This document shows, one piece after another, positions 1 through 7,966 of a stretch of DNA of 64,000 bases (position 1 is its first letter; each line of letters starts with the position of its first letter). Location: positions 3,412-67,411 of IMG/VR virus record IMGVR_UViG_3300020037_003123. The stretch is one strand, 5' to 3'. The stretch comes from a virus (taxonomy: Duplodnaviria > Caudoviricetes). The translations under genes were made by a program, and so were the position numbers. Below the pieces are notes generated by a model, which was not told the origin of the DNA, did no database searches, and saw only the letters and a program-made list of their open reading frames with translations.

Positions 1-271
1 GAATACCACCTTGAATTACTAATCCATCATAACCTTCGTCATTAGGGAATACTGTAATATTAGGTTCATCTGTAAGAGAGCCTACAATTAGATCTTTAAT
101 AAAGGCTTTTGAAACCCTTTTAGGAGTATCAATAGTTTGTTTATCTGCTGTATAATCAAATCCTAAGGCTTTTAAAAATTGCCCATAAGCCTCAGCAGCT
201 TTAACAATCATTTGTTCTGTTTCTTCTTTAGTACGAGGTAAATTACCGTTCGATTTTTTTAATAATTCCAT
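1..271 (-). CDS. folE: GTP cyclohydrolase I, N-terminal part (runs off the window start; absent from the ORF track)
   Basis: Manual translation from ATG at 271: MELLKKSNGNLPRTKEETEQMIVKAAEAYGQFLKALGFDYTADKQTIDTPKRVSKAFIKDLIVGSLTDEPNITVFPNDEGYDGLVIQGGI. Has the FolE-type L..LG.D...TPKRV..F and F.N..YD..V motifs and sits beside queE/C/D. Confidence 0.85.
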   Translation of the reverse strand, partial: MELLKKSNGNLPRTKEETEQMIVKAAEAYGQFLKALGFDYTADKQTIDTPKRVSKAFIKDLIVGSLTDEPNITVFPNDEGYDGLVIQGGI

Positions 272-272
272 T

Positions 273-740
273 TTATTTTAAATTAAAGTTTTCATTTTTT
301 AATAATATTAAATCACTAAGGTCTTTTGGTCTACCATATGATACTTTTGCTTGTATTATTTCTAATACTGAATTAACTTCATAATAATTATGACTCCATT
401 TGTATTTGAGACCACCACCATTAACAGGATTATTAGCAAGTAGAATATTGAGATATAAACCTTCTTTTTTGAATTTATAATTAACAGTACTAAAGTATTT
501 AGTATCGTCTACTCTAAAATTAGACATTGCTTTTATATAGTCTTTCTGTTTATCTGTTGGGTTGTTTATTATAACATCTAAATCATCCGATTTACGAGAA
601 AATTGTAACCCATGTAATTTTAAAATTAATGAACCACCTAATTTTATATTTGATGAACCATCTGGTGTCGTAAATGATAATTCTTTTAAATCATCAAGTA
701 TTTTATGAAATACTTCTAAATATTTGTCTAATTCTTGCAT
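273..740 (-). CDS. Putative nucleotidyltransferase-fold protein
   Basis: LGGSLILKLHG...SDDLDVII resembles the hG[GS]-x-DxD signature of the Pol-beta nucleotidyltransferase superfamily. Confidence 0.55.
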   Translation of the reverse strand: MQELDKYLEVFHKILDDLKELSFTTPDGSSNIKLGGSLILKLHGLQFSRKSDDLDVIINNPTDKQKDYIKAMSNFRVDDTKYFSTVNYKFKKEGLYLNILLANNPVNGGGLKYKWSHNYYEVNSVLEIIQAKVSYGRPKDLSDLILLKNENFNLK

Positions 741-816
741 ATTATTTATTTTATTTCTTGAAAAATTGCATAACCATTATTATCACACCCAATTATTATA
801 TATTGTTTCATAATAA

Positions 817-1707
817 TTATACATTTACCGTTTTATCCCAAGCCGCTATGTGTAGCCGTGTAAGACCGCGGAAGCGGTATTTCTTGGCTAATTCAAGACA
901 GAATTGAGTACGCTCTTCAAAATCAGCAGCATCATCTAATCCTGGCATACACACTACATTTTTAAGAGGTATATTGAATGGTACTATAAAATCACGGAAT
1001 ATTTCCTTAACATCATCTTCCGTTGAAATAACAAATTTAAATTGGTAATTTGAATGTTCCATTATACGCTCTATAGCTCCTGGAATTATACGTTGTTTTG
1101 ATGGAAGACCTGAGTTAGATAGCTTTGGTGAGCAGTTGATTTGGTCTATTATTTTAAATAAATCATCTTCAATTACTACGGTACCGTTTGTTTCAATTTC
1201 ATTATAGTTATGTCTTACAATCAAATCATTCTCCGGTAATCTCCAAGCATATTCTTTGCCAGGAAGTGTTGTTGAAGGATCTACTTGTAACAACCAATAT
1301 TTATGAAAATTAACAATAGCTTCCTGATGTCCTTTAATTGTAGGTTCACCACCAGTCCAAATGATATGGATAGTACCATTTTTAATATCATCGTAGATAC
1401 CTTGTTCTTTCCATCTGTCAATTAGATACTGAAACTCCTTATCTTCACCTCTCCATAACCATTGAGATGTACTGTCACAAGTCCAAGTTGCTTTACCTTC
1501 AGCATGTAAATCACCAACAAATATTTCACCATCTTCTAATGATTTTTCTTTCATTAGCTTATTAGCGAATAAACGGGACATACCGCAAGTTAAGTTACAA
1601 GTACCTAAACGTACGAAGTAAGATGGAACACCAGATGAAATACCTTCACCTTGAATACTGTAGAAATCACTACTGATAAGTAGTTTATTTGGATCTATTT
1701 TGCTCAT
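817..1707 (-). CDS. queE: 7-carboxy-7-deazaguanine synthase (radical SAM)
   Basis: FYSIQGEG...FVRLGTCNLTC...CDS, WTGGEP, EIETNGT, CSPKLSNSG and C-terminal RLHIAAW; que cluster context. Confidence 0.92.
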   Translation of the reverse strand: MSKIDPNKLLISSDFYSIQGEGISSGVPSYFVRLGTCNLTCGMSRLFANKLMKEKSLEDGEIFVGDLHAEGKATWTCDSTSQWLWRGEDKEFQYLIDRWKEQGIYDDIKNGTIHIIWTGGEPTIKGHQEAIVNFHKYWLLQVDPSTTLPGKEYAWRLPENDLIVRHNYNEIETNGTVVIEDDLFKIIDQINCSPKLSNSGLPSKQRIIPGAIERIMEHSNYQFKFVISTEDDVKEIFRDFIVPFNIPLKNVVCMPGLDDAADFEERTQFCLELAKKYRFRGLTRLHIAAWDKTVNV

Positions 1708-1721
1708 ATAATTGTTTTACT

Positions 1722-1760
1722 AAAAATAAAAAAATACCTCTGCCTTTTCAAGCAGAGGTA
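1722..1760 (-). terminator. Rho-independent terminator after the HTH gene
   Basis: 9-bp inverted repeat TACCTCTGC/GCAGAGGTA (1735-1760) followed on the minus strand by a long U tract. Confidence 0.75.
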
Positions 1761-1774
1761 CTAGGGTTTTGTGA

Positions 1775-2011
1775 TTAAGCAAACGCTAATTCACTGTTTT
1801 TAACTCTACGGCGAGTTAGGTTGTACATTGCGTTAGCAATAGTTTGATTGATACGACGCTCACCATTAAGGATGTAATAGATGAAACGTGATGTATAACC
1901 AGTTTCTTCGGCAAGACGTGTAACGTCACCTTTTCTTGAACGTGCTTTGTAGAAAGCTAATTTTGCTGTGCGATTTAAATAGTTCGCTCTAACGTTTGTT
2001 TGAAAACTCAT
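1775..2011 (-). CDS. Small basic helix-turn-helix DNA-binding protein
   Basis: VTRLAEETGYTSRFIYYILNGERR matches a Cro/XRE-type HTH pattern; Arg/Lys-rich. Confidence 0.6.
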   Translation of the reverse strand: MSFQTNVRANYLNRTAKLAFYKARSRKGDVTRLAEETGYTSRFIYYILNGERRINQTIANAMYNLTRRRVKNSELAFA

Positions 2012-2053
2012 AACTTAAAAATGTTTGGTTAATAATATAATAATTTAAATTTT

Positions 2054-2497
2054 TTATTTTGCCTTTTCTAGGTATTCTTCTATTGTAGTTTCTAAATAAT
2101 GAAATTCTCTATGACAGTTTGAACATAATGGAATGCACTTTTCTAATTCTGCTTTAGTTACATTTACTCCTCTTATTGATGTACCTATACTAAATTTTTT
2201 TTCAGTAGGATCTAAATGATGAGCATCTATAACATAGTGTCTTTTATCTCCACACTTAATACAGCCTTGAGACTTCCATTCATCAATAATGTTTTTGCGT
2301 TTTAATGAATGAGCTTTTGATTGTTGTCTCCATTTATCTTTATTATTCTGTCTGTAGTTTTCAGTTCTAATTGCAGTACATTGTTTACATACACTTAGAT
2401 ATCTATTTCTACTTTTATCAAATGGAAATTGTTCTGTTTGTTTTTCTTGTTTACAATCTATACATGTTTTCATAATAATATGTTTTAGGGTATTCAC
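2054..2497 (-). CDS. Free-standing HNH endonuclease with zinc fingers
   Basis: CxxC pairs, DAHHLDP and CIPLCSNCHREFH. Start is GTG at 2497 or ATG at 2473. Confidence 0.8.
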   Translation of the reverse strand: MNTLKHIIMKTCIDCKQEKQTEQFPFDKSRNRYLSVCKQCTAIRTENYRQNNKDKWRQQSKAHSLKRKNIIDEWKSQGCIKCGDKRHYVIDAHHLDPTEKKFSIGTSIRGVNVTKAELEKCIPLCSNCHREFHYLETTIEEYLEKAK

Positions 2498-2532
2498 GAT
2501 AATAAATATTATGAATACCCCAAAGACATTAA

Positions 2533-3375
2533 TTATTTTCCATGAGCTGCTAATACTTTTTTAACATGATCTGTTACTACATCCCACGATACTATACCAC
2601 CTTCATCTTCATATGTTACTGGATCTTTGCGTCCTAAATTAAGGAATGCTTCTATACGCTCAACAGATGCTGCTGATTTATAATCACTATTTCCTGATGG
2701 ATATGGTTTATAACTTGTGTTAGTGCGCTTATATACTTCATCAAAGTCAAGACCTAACTTTTCACAACATTGTAATCCATCCTGTAATATTTCTAATTTA
2801 GTTACCTCTAAATAAGGAGTATAGAAATTGACTAATTCGCTATTCCAATTACCTAACTTAAATGCTTCCATATCAGCATCTCTAAATTCTTGTCTACAAT
2901 CAGGATAAACACTGAAATCTCCAGCATGAATACCTAATGCAATATCTACTCTTTGTCCTACAGAGCAATCGTCACCAATGTTTTTAGTTGCTATTGATAA
3001 TGCAACTGCTTGAATCAATGAACTGAATATTTTGTTACGATTAGGTACTACAGTTGCTTTCATGTTTTCTTCAGCGTAGTGACCTTCAGGAACATCAGCA
3101 CCACCTGTTACAAGTGCTGAATTTAATAGTTCAACTAATCCTTCTAGTTTAATTACTTGATGTTTAACTCTTGGAAATGGTGGTAAATACAATTCAATGT
3201 TGTGTTGAGCATTAATATACTCAACTAATGCTTGTGCTCTTTCTAATTCAACACTATGTTTTTGTCCGTAATCGAACGATAGTGCTGTTACCTCGTAACC
3301 ATTTGCTAATAGGTGGAGTAATAGTGTACTTGAATCCATTCCACCGGATAGACTTAAAACTGCTTGTTTTTTCAT
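2533..3375 (-). CDS. queC: 7-cyano-7-deazaguanine (preQ0) synthase
   Basis: SLSGGMDSST PP-loop, FDYGQKH, VVPNRN, HAGD..YPDCR.EF. Confidence 0.95.
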   Translation of the reverse strand: MKKQAVLSLSGGMDSSTLLLHLLANGYEVTALSFDYGQKHSVELERAQALVEYINAQHNIELYLPPFPRVKHQVIKLEGLVELLNSALVTGGADVPEGHYAEENMKATVVPNRNKIFSSLIQAVALSIATKNIGDDCSVGQRVDIALGIHAGDFSVYPDCRQEFRDADMEAFKLGNWNSELVNFYTPYLEVTKLEILQDGLQCCEKLGLDFDEVYKRTNTSYKPYPSGNSDYKSAASVERIEAFLNLGRKDPVTYEDEGGIVSWDVVTDHVKKVLAAHGK

Positions 3376-3393
3376 TTGTTTAAATTAATTAAA

Positions 3394-3437
3394 TAAGGAG
3401 CGTATTGTTTTGTTGATCGATTAGCCCCATAACCGAT
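3394..3437 (-). promoter_or_regulatory. Candidate H-type RNA pseudoknot in the queC leader
   Basis: Sense AUCGG-UUAUGGGGCUAA-UCGAU-CAACAAAACAAUAC-GCUCCUUA. The loop pairs with the 3' segment at 7 of 8 positions; the element ends 18 nt before the queC ATG. Confidence 0.45.
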
Positions 3438-3458
3438 TTTATTAAAATGGTAATTCAT

Positions 3459-3695
3459 CTAAATCAATATTTCTGAATTCTTTCTCATCTCATCAGCATC
3501 TGGTGTTTTAAAATACCATTTTAGAAATGATTCCGGATACAACATTATCTCTCCTGTGTATTTTGCATTCGATACATGTCTTGTTTTAAATCCTACATTT
3601 AATTCAGCAGCGCGAGTTGCTACTTGTTTTCCTAATTCACTACCTGCAGCGCGTTTGAGGTAGTCGTACAATGATAAAAATTTTTCTTCTAACAT
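3459..3695 (-). CDS. Hypothetical protein; C-terminus altered by a 5-nt duplication
   Basis: Intact ORF in the operon. An alternative frame gives DEKEFRNIDLDELPF-stop at 3442 if one GATGA copy is removed. Confidence 0.65.
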   Translation of the reverse strand: MLEEKFLSLYDYLKRAAGSELGKQVATRAAELNVGFKTRHVSNAKYTGEIMLYPESFLKWYFKTPDADEMRKNSEILI

Positions 3696-3701
3696 AACTC
3701 T

Positions 3702-4487
3702 TTATTTTAAAAATTGTTTAAACTTATTTACGTTAAATATAATATCTTCTTTTTGCTCACTCAAATCTTTTTCAAAATAAAATTCAAGTTTTTCTTTTGG
3801 TTTCCAATTAATACCATTATCCCCATAACGAACACATTCAGCACCTACTAAAATTGGATTTGATGTATCACCTGATTTAATAAAGGTCCAATCTGCATGT
3901 ACCATATATTCTTGTGGTAATGAAGCACCTAAAATATGATGATAAACTGTTTTATCTAAAATACCTGTTTGTAATAGGTGTCTAATGAACTTCATTCTAC
4001 CATACATTTGAGCATTAAGTAAACTTAATTCAGGGTACATATCTTGATATGCTATACTTGAATGATTAAATGCGATGTGTTTATAACCTAAAATTAATAA
4101 ATTGTTATATGTTGAAGTAAGTTCTTCTAATGTTTTACCTTGACATACAGCCATTAATTCAACACCTTCAGGTAGATTTGGTTTATGAACGTTCATCCAA
4201 TGTTTAGCATTTCTAATAGTAGCGGCTGAATCGTTCCATTCATCAGGAACGATGAATACATTTGGTTTAAATGCATATATTTTTTCTAATAGATCTTCAG
4301 TTGTATGAGTTACACCCTCAAACAATCCATTATCCATAATAATAAAACGACCATCTTTTCTAGCTTTTAGAAAATATATTTCATATTGCATGTATTTGTC
4401 GATTAAATGCGGAAGCATATAATCATAATCATTCCACTCGTATCCGTGGTGCATTAATGATAAAGGTAATTCGTGACTTATTTTCAT
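3702..4487 (-). CDS. Divergent tRNA-guanine transglycosylase/DpdA-like TIM-barrel protein
   Basis: IMDNGLFE, VPDEW, HILGAS and SGDTSNP resemble TGT-fold motifs (DSG.F, PD, H.LG, S.DSS); lies between queD and queC. Start moved to ATG 4487, just after the queD stop. Confidence 0.65.
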   Translation of the reverse strand: MKISHELPLSLMHHGYEWNDYDYMLPHLIDKYMQYEIYFLKARKDGRFIIMDNGLFEGVTHTTEDLLEKIYAFKPNVFIVPDEWNDSAATIRNAKHWMNVHKPNLPEGVELMAVCQGKTLEELTSTYNNLLILGYKHIAFNHSSIAYQDMYPELSLLNAQMYGRMKFIRHLLQTGILDKTVYHHILGASLPQEYMVHADWTFIKSGDTSNPILVGAECVRYGDNGINWKPKEKLEFYFEKDLSEQKEDIIFNVNKFKQFLK

Positions 4488-4488
4488 A

Positions 4489-4965
4489 TTATTCTTCGTA
4501 TATTGCTGAATTTTTACCATGTTCAAAGCATTCTACTTTGATTACTTTACAACGACCTGCATCTGTTTTAGATAATACATCGTTAAACTTAGCATAAACT
4601 AATTTAGCTAGATTTTCACAACCCATTTTCTCCATTACACGTAAATGTAATAGATTCATTTGTTCCATAGACATGAATATATCTAAATATGGATCGTCTT
4701 TTTCAATTAGTGTAGTATGGTCAAACATATAATCCATCCAATCTTTCAAACCATTACCTTTTGGTGCTGATTTAAAACCACCGAAATCAACAATCCAATT
4801 CATATCGTCTAATTGATTTTCTTCTAATGGTTCAGTAGATGCAAACCATACTTTAAAATAAATTCCATAACCGTGAAGCAACTGACAGTGTGAATGTTGT
4901 GCTCTCCATTGACGAATAGCTACTGAGTAGTTGTCAAATGTTTTTGTTGAAATATAACGTCCCAT
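4489..4965 (-). CDS. queD: 6-carboxy-5,6,7,8-tetrahydropterin synthase
   Basis: HSHCQLLHGY, WIVDFG, FDH, CENLA and C-terminal VECFEH. Confidence 0.92.
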   Translation of the reverse strand: MGRYISTKTFDNYSVAIRQWRAQHSHCQLLHGYGIYFKVWFASTEPLEENQLDDMNWIVDFGGFKSAPKGNGLKDWMDYMFDHTTLIEKDDPYLDIFMSMEQMNLLHLRVMEKMGCENLAKLVYAKFNDVLSKTDAGRCKVIKVECFEHGKNSAIYEE

Positions 4966-4968
4966 TTT

Positions 4969-5172
4969 TTATTGTTTTTTTATTTCTTTAGTACTAAATA
5001 ATAAATAAGTTAATACTTGTAATCCAATTGATTGCCAAAATGTAATTGTTGGTAAATCAAATATTGTAGGCATAAGCCAATTCCACAGGAACATTACAGA
5101 ATATCCTGCAAACATAATAACTAATCCTATTACGGATATAACTAAAATAATATTATCCAGCATTTGTTTCAT
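4969..5172 (-). CDS. Small membrane protein
   Basis: Two hydrophobic segments; WNWLMP.IF.LP.I.FWQ pattern. Confidence 0.6.
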   Translation of the reverse strand: MKQMLDNIILVISVIGLVIMFAGYSVMFLWNWLMPTIFDLPTITFWQSIGLQVLTYLLFSTKEIKKQ

Positions 5173-5350
5173 CTTCTATATCTGTTTTAATTTGATCTAA
5201 TTGTAATTTAATTTCGGTCATTGCTAAATCACCAGCATCCATCATTTTGGATAATTTTTCAACTAACTGAGTTAATTGCTCAGGAGTTAAACTAGCAGCA
5301 TCTATTGATTTTAGATTTTCTGCTTCTTGTTGTAACTGTTCTAAATTCAT
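5153..5350 (-). CDS. Hypothetical acidic helical protein
   Basis: ORF overlapping both neighbours in the operon. Confidence 0.55.
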   Translation of the reverse strand: MNLEQLQQEAENLKSIDAASLTPEQLTQLVEKLSKMMDAGDLAMTEIKLQLDQIKTDIEDETNAG

Positions 5351-5541
5351 AACTTAAATTTAATAAATTCCTCTGCCAAAACCAAATTTCCTTTAGTATG
5401 CTTAGGAGAGTAAGGACAATTTTTACATCCACTCCCACAACATTTACCCTGCATGACAAGGGATAGAGCAGTAAATACTACCCTATCTCCTTCCATGTAG
5501 TAATGTATTCCTTCTTCTAATTTAGACGATCTCACAAGCAC
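5347..5541 (-). CDS. Small Cys-rich protein (DUF5522-like)
   Basis: YYME..VVFT...G.CCGSGCKNCPY motif. Confidence 0.6.
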   Translation of the reverse strand: MLVRSSKLEEGIHYYMEGDRVVFTALSLVMQGKCCGSGCKNCPYSPKHTKGNLVLAEEFIKFKL

Positions 5542-7372
5542 CTCCTGCGCACGCTGCTTGATCTGCTAAAGCCGTTTCATCGCTAAATTCAATAACTTTA
5601 GATAAATCAATGTTATGTAAATGTGTTACCATTTCATCAAATTGTTCTTTGGTAATGTCTTCAAATGGAGCTTGAGTGTATGTTCCTCCGAAGTAAGGTA
5701 GTACTGATAAGCCATTGAATGTTTCTTTATTTTCCCACATCCATTTACCTACTTCTTCCCATTCACCTTCTTTAATTGATACCGTTGCTGATACATTGTT
5801 TGTATTTGCTCCTTTACGGTGTCCTTTTTTAACCCATTTTGTGTTAAATAATTTAACACGCTCAAGCATATCCATTACATTTTCAGTTCTTACTATTGAG
5901 CCTTCAGGTGCTGATTGTGGTACTGAAATAACTGCTTGAATTGTTGGTTTGAAGAAGTCATCTTCAACTAATTCTGGATAGTTAATTGCTAAATGAGAAT
6001 ATATTGCTTCGTTTTTACCTACTCTGATACGTCTGATATAGTAGTCATTATGCCAAGCGTGAATACCACTTGATGTTCCTAATACTAATGAACTAGTACC
6101 TGATGGTTTTACAGTAGTAACACGAGCTGCTTTATTAATACCAATTAATTCAGCAACACGAGCATTTTCTTCTTTAGCTATTTCAGCTGCTTCTTTTAAA
6201 TTCATTTTTAATACAGCACCAGAACCTATACCTGTCATTCCAACGCCAAGTAAAGCATCTTTCTCAGTTGTTTTACGCCAAATATCTCTTAGGTAGTGAA
6301 AGTCAGTATATGCTGCTTGTAATGTACCTATGAATGCACCTACTTTAACTCGTTCGTTTAAATCTTCTTGTGATTCAACATTTGATACGTTTACTTCACA
6401 TAAGTTACAGAACTGGTATGGGCGAAGTGCTATTTCGCAACATGGGTTTGTTCCCCAATCTTTATCATTACTGAAGTAGATACCAGGTTCTCCTGAATTA
6501 CTCAATTCAATTTTCTTCCATAATTTAAAGAATTCTTCTTCATCTATTTTGTGACGTAATACTACAGCACTGTTGTTTGAACGTCCACGCTGTGGATTTT
6601 CTTCCCACCAATTTCCAAATTTACATGTTAGCATTGCTTCATCATCTAAATCAAATAATGAAATTAATGCTGCTCTTCTAATACCACCACTTAATACTGC
6701 ATCCGCAATATGACAAGCCATATCGTGTGCTTCTAGTGATGTTAATCTATCACCACTTTTCTTTCTATCAAGTATTTTTTGTAATTGGAATAAACATTCT
6801 TTTAATGGTTCGGGACCTGGTGCTTTACCACCTACAGTAATTAATTGAGCGCCTTTCGGTCTGATATCTCTAAAATCAAATAATGGTAATGAACCACCTG
6901 TAAAATATGCTTTGCATAGCATTCTAACTGCATCAGCCCATCCTTCAATACTGTCACCAATTAAATAACGTTTATGTTTTGTTGGTACAGTTATTTCAGG
7001 AAGTTTTTCGATGTGATGTGTTTGTACACTATAACCTACTCCTGTTCCTGATAGTAATAGGAACATAATTTCACTAAATGCTCTCCAATCATCAATTGGT
7101 AAGAATGAACAGTTAAAGATACGAGTGTTATTCAATTCAATTGGTTTACCAGCGAATTGTAATGAACGCATTGATGGTAATACTTTTTTAGCATAAACTA
7201 ATTTATAAGCATTTTCTATTTCATCATGCAATTGAGGAAATTTTGCTTGGTGCATTTCTTTGTTTCGGGTAACTAATTCTTCCCATGTTTCTCGTCTCTT
7301 TTTCTCAGGAACATACTTTGCATACTTCATATACACTGTAATGTCACTGAGGATGTTCTGTTCTACGTTCAT
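5522..7372 (-). CDS. nrdJ: Class II (adenosylcobalamin-dependent) ribonucleotide reductase, monomeric RTPR type
   Basis: LPSMRSLQF, FNCSF, GGIRRAA, NPCCE, TVKPSGT and C-terminal ACAGGACE; no beta-subunit gene nearby. Confidence 0.92.
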   Translation of the reverse strand: MNVEQNILSDITVYMKYAKYVPEKKRRETWEELVTRNKEMHQAKFPQLHDEIENAYKLVYAKKVLPSMRSLQFAGKPIELNNTRIFNCSFLPIDDWRAFSEIMFLLLSGTGVGYSVQTHHIEKLPEITVPTKHKRYLIGDSIEGWADAVRMLCKAYFTGGSLPLFDFRDIRPKGAQLITVGGKAPGPEPLKECLFQLQKILDRKKSGDRLTSLEAHDMACHIADAVLSGGIRRAALISLFDLDDEAMLTCKFGNWWEENPQRGRSNNSAVVLRHKIDEEEFFKLWKKIELSNSGEPGIYFSNDKDWGTNPCCEIALRPYQFCNLCEVNVSNVESQEDLNERVKVGAFIGTLQAAYTDFHYLRDIWRKTTEKDALLGVGMTGIGSGAVLKMNLKEAAEIAKEENARVAELIGINKAARVTTVKPSGTSSLVLGTSSGIHAWHNDYYIRRIRVGKNEAIYSHLAINYPELVEDDFFKPTIQAVISVPQSAPEGSIVRTENVMDMLERVKLFNTKWVKKGHRKGANTNNVSATVSIKEGEWEEVGKWMWENKETFNGLSVLPYFGGTYTQAPFEDITKEQFDEMVTHLHNIDLSKVIEFSDETALADQAACAGGACEIV

Positions 7373-7406
7373 TTTTTGTTGTTCTTTAAAATAGTTTTTT
7401 AATATA

Positions 7407-7667
7407 TTAAAATCTTACATCAGAACCAGGAAATACAATAATACCTGGGTCTTTTTCTCCTTGAGAGTTTACAATTTGTTCTTGTGATTTAACTTTAATT
7501 TTTACTCCTTGTATACTCATCTCTCCACCCTGTTGAAGTGTCTTTTTAAATAGTGTTTCTTGACCTACAGTCCATGTAGCACTGAAGTCTATTATTTCTT
7601 GTTTTGAGGCTAGTTTATCGTTAAAGAAGACATCAATCCCCTTTCTTATTGATTGTGGTTTTAGCAT
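7407..7667 (-). CDS. Hypothetical protein
   Basis: Clean ORF between thioredoxin and nrdJ. Confidence 0.6.
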   Translation of the reverse strand: MLKPQSIRKGIDVFFNDKLASKQEIIDFSATWTVGQETLFKKTLQQGGEMSIQGVKIKVKSQEQIVNSQGEKDPGIIVFPGSDVRF

Positions 7668-7668
7668 T

Positions 7669-7929
7669 TTATAGATATTGTTTAATAATACTGTTTACAA
7701 CTGCTTTTGGTTTTACTCCACTAAAACGATGTACTTGATGTCCATCTTTTTCAAATATAATAGTGGGTACTGATTGTACACCTGATTGTATAGCTAAATC
7801 TTTATTATCATCAACGTCTATATCTACAAAACGTACATTTGGATTTTCTTTTTTAACTTCTTCGAATACAGGGACCATTTGGCGACATGGCATACACCAC
7901 GTTGCCGAAAACTTCTTAACGGTTAACAT
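7669..7929 (-). CDS. Thioredoxin
   Basis: FSATWCMPC...VQSVPT. True start is ATG 7929, since the track's longer ORF overlaps the helicase and spans the promoter motif. Confidence 0.9.
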   Translation of the reverse strand: MLTVKKFSATWCMPCRQMVPVFEEVKKENPNVRFVDIDVDDNKDLAIQSGVQSVPTIIFEKDGHQVHRFSGVKPKAVVNSIIKQYL

Positions 7930-7966
7930 AAAGTGATTATTTTTGTGTTTATAAATATAATGTAAT

